NCBI GenBank assembly: GCA_019119165.1
Contig: DWXO01000087.1
Span: forward strand, 8,356-40,355
DNA length: 32,000 nucleotides
Source of the DNA: Candidatus Flavonifractor intestinigallinarum
GTDB taxonomy: Bacteria > Bacillota > Clostridia > Oscillospirales > Oscillospiraceae
Reading direction: 5' to 3'
Positions 17,189 to 22,886 of the stretch are shown in pieces. The position numbers were made by a program, and so were the translations under genes. The notes beneath the pieces were generated by a model. It was not told the DNA's origin. It saw only the letters and a program-made list of their open reading frames with translations, and did not search any database. Numbering within the stretch: the stretch's first letter is position 1; every line of letters begins with the position of its first letter.

Positions 17189-17277
17189 GCTCCTTGTCGC
17201 TCCATTTGAGTAATCTCTATTATAGCCTGCTTGTCAACTCGATGTCTAATGGGCGCAGGCCTAACAAAAGGAATTAA

Positions 17278-17293
17278 GCAAATTGGATGCCAG
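17278..17293 (-). promoter_or_regulatory. Sigma-54 (-24/-12) promoter for the ferredoxin-nitroreductase gene (and probably the activator)
   Basis: The minus strand reads CTGGCATCCAATTTGC, about 90 nt upstream of the start. Confidence 0.8.
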
Positions 17294-17331
17294 CTTTATC
17301 CATATGATGCCGGCCCAATGTTGCCCTCGCC

Positions 17332-17392
17332 CATTGCATTTTTGCAACTTGTTGCCGATTCGCCTTCTGGGCGCTGTTGCTATTCCGCAACA
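17332..17392. promoter_or_regulatory. Pair of enhancer-like dyads between divergent sigma-54 promoters
   Basis: CATTGC-ATTTTT-GCAACT (17332-17349) and the perfect TGTTGC-TATTCC-GCAACA (17375-17392), centres 43 bp apart. Extra TGTTGC half-sites at 17319 and 17350. The layout matches 10530-10589. Confidence 0.65.
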
Positions 17393-17438
17393 TTCCCCGA
17401 TCATCCGGGAAAACAGGGCTGTTTTCCCCTGAAATTTT

Positions 17439-17454
17439 TGGCATGGGATTTGCA
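17439..17454 (+). promoter_or_regulatory. Sigma-54 (-24/-12) promoter for the 3-hydroxyacyl dehydrogenase gene
   Basis: TGGCATGGGATTTGCA. Confidence 0.8.
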
Positions 17455-17528
17455 TTATTCACAGGCAAGCACAATGTTGTCCGCGACAACCCAGCTGACA
17501 AAGATCAAAAAGAAATGAGGAATCAACC

Positions 17529-18434
17529 ATGGGCAAGATCAAAGCAGTGTTTGTTGGCACCGGCATGATCGGAGCCGGCCTGGCTGCCAACGCCATGCTG
17601 AACGGCTACGAGACCGTCCTCTACGATGTGGTCCCCCAGGAGAAGATGCGGGAGAACATCAGCCACATTCTGGACATTCTGGTGGAGGCGGGGGCCGCCA
17701 CCAGGGCCCAGGCCGACCAGGCTCTGGCCGACTGCCAGTTCTCCAACAACCTGGAGGAGGCGGTCAAGGGGGCTCACTTCGTGCAGGAGTGCATCCCCGA
17801 GCGGCTGGAGCTGAAAAAATCCACCTATGCCGCCATCCAGAAGGTGACCGGCCCCGACGCCGTCATTTGCAGCTCCACCTCCAAGCTCTTCCCCACCAAG
17901 CTGCAGGAGGACGCCCTCTATCCCCAGTCCATCCTGGTGGGCCACCCCTACAATCCCTCCTATCTGCTCCCCCTCATTGAACTGTGCGGCGGCGAGCAGA
18001 CCTCCCCGGAGGCCATCCAGCAGGCCAAGGAGATCTACACCGGCATGGGCAAGGTGGCGGTGGTCTGCAAGAAGGAGATCTACGGCTTCATCGTCAACCG
18101 CCTGTCCTGGGCCGCGCTGGAGGCCGCCAAAGAGTGCGTGCGCGACGGCGTCTGCTCCGTGGAGGATATGGACAAGGCCATCATGTTCGGCCCCGGTATG
18201 CGTATGGCGGTGACCGGCCAGCTGCTCACCATCAGCCTGGGTGTGGACGGCGGTTTCCGGGCCATCGCCGAGAAATACGGCGAGGAGCCCACCCCCTGGA
18301 ATGAGGTGTACGCCCAGGGCGTGGACGAGGAGATCGCCAACCGGGACCCCGCCATGGGCAACACGGTGGACGGCGTGTGCAAGTTCCGGGATCACGCCTT
18401 TGCGGAGCTGCTGAAGCTGCACAAGCTGCTCTGA
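17529..18434 (+). CDS. 3-hydroxyacyl-CoA dehydrogenase family protein (carnitine/gulonate 3-dehydrogenase-like; may act on a free beta-hydroxy acid)
   Basis: Rossmann loop VGTGMIGAGLA, ECIPERLELKK, GHPYNPSYLLPLIEL, and C-terminal dimerisation domain. GAGGAA RBS. Confidence 0.8.
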   Translation: MGKIKAVFVGTGMIGAGLAANAMLNGYETVLYDVVPQEKMRENISHILDILVEAGAATRAQADQALADCQFSNNLEEAVKGAHFVQECIPERLELKKSTYAAIQKVTGPDAVICSSTSKLFPTKLQEDALYPQSILVGHPYNPSYLLPLIELCGGEQTSPEAIQQAKEIYTGMGKVAVVCKKEIYGFIVNRLSWAALEAAKECVRDGVCSVEDMDKAIMFGPGMRMAVTGQLLTISLGVDGGFRAIAEKYGEEPTPWNEVYAQGVDEEIANRDPAMGNTVDGVCKFRDHAFAELLKLHKLL

Positions 18435-18454
18435 TCCCGCCCCAATCCGCCGGT

Positions 18455-18502
18455 TGTTTCATTTTTGCAACAGAGCATCTTGCTTGTGTCAGTTGCGCAA
18501 CA
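18455..18502. promoter_or_regulatory. Pair of enhancer-like dyads upstream of the DUF362 operon
   Basis: TGTTTC-ATTTTT-GCAACA (18455-18472) and TGTGTC-AGTTGC-GCAACA (18485-18502), centres 30 bp apart. Confidence 0.6.
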
Positions 18503-18552
18503 AAATTCCTCCGTTATTTTCCAAAAATCAGGCCGTTTACCCCAAAAATACT

Positions 18553-18568
18553 TGGCATTTGATTTGCA
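18553..18568 (+). promoter_or_regulatory. Sigma-54 (-24/-12) promoter for the DUF362/small protein/cyclase operon
   Basis: TGGCATTTGATTTGCA. Confidence 0.8.
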
Positions 18569-18620
18569 GTTATCATGAGTGTAATGAATGACACACCAAA
18601 TTCTGAAGGGAGAACTGAGT

Positions 18621-19907
18621 ATGTCTGACAAAAAAGCGCTGGTCGCTCTGGCCAAGGAGGCCAGCATCCAGGAGAGCGTCACCAAGGTCTTTGACCTGAT
18701 GGGCGGCGTCACCAACATGATCAAGCCCGGCACCACCGTAATGCTCAAGCCCAACGCCGGTCACGCCTCCCCCGCCGACACCTCCGTGTGTACCAACCCC
18801 GAGGTGGTTCGTGCCGTCATCCGTGAGGTCAAGAAGGCCAATCCCAAGAGCATCGTTATCGCTGAGGCCGCCGCCATCGGCTGCGATACCATGGAGTGCT
18901 ATGAGGTTTCCGGCATCGCCGACGTAGCCCGGGAGGAGGGCGTGGAGCTCTACGACATCAAGGCCGACAAGGACCTGATCAATGTAGCCGTCCGGGGCTA
19001 CCGCTCCAATCTGCACCACGTCAAGCTGCCCCGCCGTCTGCTGGAGGCCGACCACCTGATCAACCTGCCCATCCTGAAGGCCCACGCCAGCATGGTGTTC
19101 TCCTGCGCCCTGAAGAACATCAAGGGCGTGGTGCAGGACGCCGTCCACCTGCAGATGCACCAGCAGAATCTGACCATGGCCATGATGGACGTGTGGAGCG
19201 TCTGCCGGGCCGACATCAACATCGTGGACGCCATCCGTCCCGCCAGCGGCTACTCCCCCCACACCCCGGTGCCCATCGAGGTGGGCTGCATTCTGGGTTC
19301 CACCGACCCCGTGGCCGTGGACCTGATCGCCTGCGACCTGGTGGGCATCGACGCCGAGGCGGTGGACTACTTCCGGGTGGCCGCCGAGACCGGCCTGGGC
19401 ATCACCGAGCGGGAGGACATCGACGTGGTGGGCGCCTCCGTCAAGGACTGCTACAAGAAGATGTGGGTCCCCTACATTGGCGACATGAGCACCCGCTGGC
19501 CTGAGTACAAGGTGCTGTGCGACGGCGCCTGCTCCAGCTGCCAGGCCCTGCTGGCCATCAACATGGAGACGCTGAAGGCCATTGGCGACTACGAGCGCCG
19601 TTCCGATTTCGTGGTAGTGGCCGGCGGCAAGAACCAGATCCCCGCCGACGTGGACGACAAGAAGCTGGTGCTCCACGGCAACTGCACCCGCAAGTACCTG
19701 AAGGATCACCCCGACGCCATCCACATCGAGGGCTGCCCCCCCTCCGAGCCGCTGCTCTATATGTCCATCAGCAACGGCGAGCTGGTCCACGGCAAGGGCG
19801 GCCAGATGAGCGAGTACATCCGTCCCCGCATGGCCGCCGACCAGCCGGTGTGGCGCAAGTATGTGGAGGAGCAGGCCAAGAAGTTCTACGGCAGTCAGGA
19901 AGGTTGA
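18621..19907 (+). CDS. DUF362-like protein with a C-terminal Cys cluster (uncharacterised, possibly Fe-S/metal binding)
   Basis: Start at 18621 (GAAGGGAGA RBS). The track start 18588 would be almost leaderless relative to the sigma-54 promoter. The N-terminal pattern (VMLKPNAG...TNPEVVRAVIREV...IVIAEA) matches my memory of DUF362. C-terminal CDGACSSCQALL...HGNCTRKY...EGCPPSE. Confidence 0.6.
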   Translation: MSDKKALVALAKEASIQESVTKVFDLMGGVTNMIKPGTTVMLKPNAGHASPADTSVCTNPEVVRAVIREVKKANPKSIVIAEAAAIGCDTMECYEVSGIADVAREEGVELYDIKADKDLINVAVRGYRSNLHHVKLPRRLLEADHLINLPILKAHASMVFSCALKNIKGVVQDAVHLQMHQQNLTMAMMDVWSVCRADINIVDAIRPASGYSPHTPVPIEVGCILGSTDPVAVDLIACDLVGIDAEAVDYFRVAAETGLGITEREDIDVVGASVKDCYKKMWVPYIGDMSTRWPEYKVLCDGACSSCQALLAINMETLKAIGDYERRSDFVVVAGGKNQIPADVDDKKLVLHGNCTRKYLKDHPDAIHIEGCPPSEPLLYMSISNGELVHGKGGQMSEYIRPRMAADQPVWRKYVEEQAKKFYGSQEG

Positions 19908-19909
19908 CC

Positions 19910-20182
19910 ATGGCGTTTCAATATGTGGACTATCCCCAGGAGATGAAGGATCTGCTCAGCCGCATTTTCAGCGACGCTTTTATGCAGACCCATACCCGCT
20001 TCCAGTCCTTTGAGGGCTTCCGCTACTCCAGCGCGGTGTTCGTCAACTGGAATTCCGACCAGCTCATCTATAATGAGGCTCTGCTGGACCGCTTCGTCCA
20101 GGAAAGCACCCAGTTCTCCTCCTGGGAGGAGATGGTGCGTACCGCCGCCGACCAGTGCTTTCAGCCCGCCGTTTGTTCCTGA
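19910..20182 (+). CDS. Hypothetical 90-aa protein
   Basis: The ATG lies 2 nt after the DUF362 stop, with CAGGAAGG upstream. Codon usage is like its neighbours. It sits inside a longer track ORF (19517-20182) whose upstream part is an alternate frame of the DUF362 gene. No family recognised. Confidence 0.55.
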   Translation: MAFQYVDYPQEMKDLLSRIFSDAFMQTHTRFQSFEGFRYSSAVFVNWNSDQLIYNEALLDRFVQESTQFSSWEEMVRTAADQCFQPAVCS

Positions 20183-20227
20183 ATCCAGAGAATATCCATC
20201 CATTCTAAACGAAAAGGAGTTATCACT

Positions 20228-21046
20228 ATGAGCAAGACCGTTCTTGTAGACCTGTCTCACCCCTTCGGCCGGGGCAATCCCCTGTGGCCCTCCAACGGCG
20301 ATTTCCATATCGACCGCGTGCAGCATATGCCCATGCACTACCGTCTGCTGCAGACCTTTAACGACTTCCATATGCACAACTCCACCCACGCCGACTCCCC
20401 CTCCCACGTGATCCCCGAGGGCGCCTTCACCCATGAGCTGCCCCTGGAAAATTACTACGGCCCCGCCGTCTGCCTGGACATCCCCAAGAAGCACTGGGAG
20501 CTCATCACCGTGGAGGACATCGAAAAGGCCGCCGCCAAGGTGGAGGGCGGCATCCAGGAGGGCGACTGGGTGCTCATCTGCACCGGCATGAACAAGCGCT
20601 GGGGCGAGAATGACGACTACTTCATGTACTCCCCCGGTATGTCCATCGAGGGCGCCCACTGGCTGGTGGATCACAAGGTCAAGGGCGTGGGCTTCGACCT
20701 GCAGGCTCTGGACCACATCCTGTACACCTACGCCGCCCAGCACGGCCCCGGGCCCTACGTCCCCCGCATCGTGGACGAGTACAAGAAGGAGTTCGGCCAT
20801 GAGCCCCTGGAGGACTTCCCCGAGTGGGAGCCCGTCCACACCATCCTGCTGAGCAACAACGTCATGGGCATCGAGAACCTGGGCGGCGACATCGAGAAGG
20901 TCAAGGGTCAGCGCTTCACCTTCTGCGCCTTCCCCCTGCGCTGGTACATGGGCGACGGCACCATCGTCCGGGCCGTGGCCATGATCGACGAGGACAAGAT
21001 CAACAAGGACGTGCCCGACCGCGTCTACAAGTACGGCGTGTATTGA
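20228..21046 (+). CDS. Cyclase-family metal-dependent hydrolase (kynurenine formamidase / isatin hydrolase / dihydrophloroglucinol cyclohydrolase superfamily)
   Basis: Carries the diagnostic H-x-x-x-T-H-x-D-x-P-x-H motif as HMHNSTHADSPSH, in a ~270-aa protein. AAGGAG RBS. Confidence 0.8.
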   Translation: MSKTVLVDLSHPFGRGNPLWPSNGDFHIDRVQHMPMHYRLLQTFNDFHMHNSTHADSPSHVIPEGAFTHELPLENYYGPAVCLDIPKKHWELITVEDIEKAAAKVEGGIQEGDWVLICTGMNKRWGENDDYFMYSPGMSIEGAHWLVDHKVKGVGFDLQALDHILYTYAAQHGPGPYVPRIVDEYKKEFGHEPLEDFPEWEPVHTILLSNNVMGIENLGGDIEKVKGQRFTFCAFPLRWYMGDGTIVRAVAMIDEDKINKDVPDRVYKYGVY

Positions 21047-21181
21047 TCCGCCGCTCATAAAAGAAAAAGAGATGACAGGCCAAGGGCTACTCCTCACAAG
21101 GACATCTTGAGATTAACCCAAGAATGACCGATTGAGAGAAGCCCTGGGGTGTCTGCCCCAAATGTTTCAAATGGGGAAATA

Positions 21182-21220
21182 GCCGCAAGCCACAACAAGA
21201 TGGCTTGCGGCCATTATTTA
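21182..21220 (+). terminator. Probable terminator of the DUF362-cyclase operon
   Basis: GCCGCAAGCCA, 8-nt loop, TGGCTTGCGGC, then CATTATTTATAT (a weak T tract). Confidence 0.5.
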
Positions 21221-21291
21221 TATCATAGGCATGATAGAAATCGAAACAAGTCAATTTGTTGGTTTTGTGCTGCACGGGGATATAATTATAC

Positions 21292-21320
21292 TTGCAATCA
21301 GCAAAAGATTGCGGTATACT
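21292..21320 (+). promoter_or_regulatory. Sigma-70 promoter of the riboswitch-controlled operon
   Basis: TTGCAA (21292-21297), 17-nt spacer, TATACT (21315-21320). A second candidate, TTGGTT-N16-TATAAT, lies just upstream (21259-21286). Confidence 0.65.
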
Positions 21321-21369
21321 AAAAAAGTATAAAGTAAATATCAAGCAGATACGATGAGAAACTTGTGTG

Positions 21370-21533
21370 ACACAGGTGCTCTTTATCATAAGCCGGTGAG
21401 AGTCCGGCGCGAAAGGCCGTGTTCGTCGTGAGACATCAGCCGGCAGTGATCGTACATCAGGGAGCACCCTCTTGGGAGTCGTAGGCTGTTTTGTATCCAT
21501 GCGGTCTTTCCGAAGAGGAAAGACCGTTTTTTT
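21370..21533 (+). ncRNA. Unclassified structured leader element (possibly a compact cobalamin-like aptamer or an sRNA) with its own intrinsic terminator
   Basis: The closing helix pairs GGTGCTC (21375-21381) with GAGCACC (21462-21468). It encloses the hairpin GCCGG-TGAGAGT-CCGGC and a GCGAAAG loop. A strong terminator follows: CGGTCTTTCC-GAAGA-GGAAAGACCG plus T7 (21502-21533). Confidence 0.4.
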
Positions 21534-21554
21534 ATGCCAGAATAAAATATAGCT

Positions 21555-21840
21555 TTTTGTGGCCGCAGAGGAAGATTCGGGCGGCTGAACAAGGGAATCG
21601 GGTGAGAATCCCGGACGGTAACCGCCGCTGTATGCGTGATGTCCGCTGCTCGTCAACGAAAGTTCGCCATTGGGGACGTGCCCTGAGAAGGCAGAGCAGA
21701 CCGGCGAAGGCAGGAATACCCTGCCCCAAGCGCAAGTCAGAAGACCTACAAAAAGAGACCGGCCAGGTGTGGGACGCTGCACTTGGCATTCGTTACGCAG
21801 AAAAACGGCTGTGGATCTCAGGATCCGCAGCCGTTTTTTC
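21555..21840 (+). promoter_or_regulatory. Cobalamin (B12) riboswitch with terminator expression platform
   Basis: Conserved core AAGGGAATCGGGTGAGAATCCCGGACGGTAACCGCCGCTGTA (21591-21632) and B12 box AAGTCAGAAGACC (21734-21746). Outer pairing GGCCG/CGGCC. Terminator ACGGCTGTGGATC-TCAG-GATCCGCAGCCGT plus a T run (21805-21839), immediately before the RBS/ATG at 21855. Confidence 0.85.
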
Positions 21841-21854
21841 AGGGAGGGATAGGA

Positions 21855-22859
21855 ATGGCGGAAGAAATCAACAAAAATCAGCTGCTGGAGCAGAAAAAAG
21901 CGGTGTTCGACATGATCGTGGAAGGCCCCAAGCTCACAGGAGAGGCGGAGGCGAAAGAGGACGATCAGTACTCACTGGACACCGAGCGAGGCGCGCAGCT
22001 CTACGCATCCTTTTCTGATGACGAGCTGCTGGAACTTCTGCGCGGAAGCGCCCAGTATCTGGGACATTCTCCCTCTCAGGGAGAGGTGCATTGGATCCTG
22101 CGTGCATATCTCAAAGCTCGTTTCAAAAATTGGCCGAGGGCATTGCGTGCAGCGGGATTGAGCCGGTCGGCGGGTCGGGGCGGAATGCCCTCAGAGCAGA
22201 TGTCTCAGAAGAACGAGGAGTACCAGCAGATGCTCAATCAAATTCGAGGTATGGCGGAACAGCTGGGCCGAATCCCACACCCGTCGGAGCTGCCTGAGAT
22301 ATGCCGGAAACTGAAAAAACGCTATCGTACCTGGGGCGAGGTTTTAGCTGCTGCCGGAGTTGAGGAAGCAGTGGCTGTCCATCTGCAGAAAGAAGAAAAC
22401 CTAAAGGATGATGAGTTGCGTATGCTCCAAGAATTGAGAACCCTCGCGGAAAGGCTGAATCGCCCGCCCCTTCGCGGTGAAGTGGAGCAAAGCCTGCGGG
22501 AATCCCTGCTCCGGCGTTTTGGATCGTGGCGGAACGCACTCTATCAGATCGATCTGGAACCGGTTCGGCGCATCACCCCCTTTGTGAATGCTCCGCTGCA
22601 GCGGGAAAAAGACAAGCAGAGGGCAACCCACCGGCAGGAACTGTACGACTGCCACTACCGGCTTTTAAAGCTGGATCCCCAAACGCAAGCAGATTTGGCG
22701 TTGGTACGGAAACTGGCGCAGCAGCTGGGACACGCTCCCGGCCGCAGGGAGGTGCCATCGGAAGTCCGAATGCGCCTACAGCGGGCCTGCGGCTCCTGGT
22801 CAAACGCCCTGTTTCAACTGGGGTTACAGGAAAAGCGTGGCAGATTCCGGCAGCGTTGA
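21855..22859 (+). CDS. Tandem-repeat protein: four copies of a ~50-aa helical repeat resembling the homing-endonuclease-associated repeat
   Basis: ATG at 21855 after GGGAGGGA. The upstream part of the track ORF covers the terminator. Four units follow the pattern L..L...A..LG..P...E.......(R)FGSW..AL...GL. An example is RMLQELRTLAERLNRPPLRGEVEQSLRESLLRRFGSWRNALYQIDL. Confidence 0.7.
   Translation: MAEEINKNQLLEQKKAVFDMIVEGPKLTGEAEAKEDDQYSLDTERGAQLYASFSDDELLELLRGSAQYLGHSPSQGEVHWILRAYLKARFKNWPRALRAAGLSRSAGRGGMPSEQMSQKNEEYQQMLNQIRGMAEQLGRIPHPSELPEICRKLKKRYRTWGEVLAAAGVEEAVAVHLQKEENLKDDELRMLQELRTLAERLNRPPLRGEVEQSLRESLLRRFGSWRNALYQIDLEPVRRITPFVNAPLQREKDKQRATHRQELYDCHYRLLKLDPQTQADLALVRKLAQQLGHAPGRREVPSEVRMRLQRACGSWSNALFQLGLQEKRGRFRQR
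22014..22826 (+). repeat. Four divergent in-frame protein-level repeats inside 21855-22859
   Basis: Repeat units lie at about aa 54-102, 121-168, 185-234 and 278-324. Shared motifs are LG(H/R)xP and (F/Y)(G/K/R)(S/T/N)W. The repeats are diverged at DNA level. Confidence 0.6.
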
Positions 22860-22886
22860 TTTGCTTTTGCGAGGTGAGGAATGTAG

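Noticed and set aside
14806-17209. Plus-strand ORFs 14806-16341 (511 aa) and 16175-17209 (344 aa)
   Set aside because: They are antisense to the sigma-54 activator and the ferredoxin-nitroreductase genes, both of which carry unambiguous motifs on the minus strand.
17231-17518. 95-aa plus-strand ORF in the 17.2-17.5 kb intergenic region (and the similar 13068-13295 ORF)
   Set aside because: They span the promoters and dyad repeats, have no RBS, and differ in codon usage from neighbouring genes. These regions are better explained as regulatory DNA.
17523-21097. Minus-strand ORFs 17523-18422, 18573-19790 and 19895-21097
   Set aside because: They are antisense shadows of the dehydrogenase, DUF362 and cyclase genes. 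The plus-strand genes have RBSs, sigma-54 promoters and family motifs; these do not.
21370-21533. Assigning the first leader element to SAM-I, NiCo, Moco, guanidine or T-box classes
   Set aside because: Only short chance resemblances were found, for example CTCTTTATCAT versus the SAM-I P1 without the matching 3' strand. The defining conserved cores I remember for these classes are absent, so it is left unclassified.
21087-21782. 231-aa minus-strand ORF (and 21491-22018 on the plus strand) across the leader
   Set aside because: They overlap the promoter, both terminators and the cobalamin riboswitch core. The region is explained by RNA structure.
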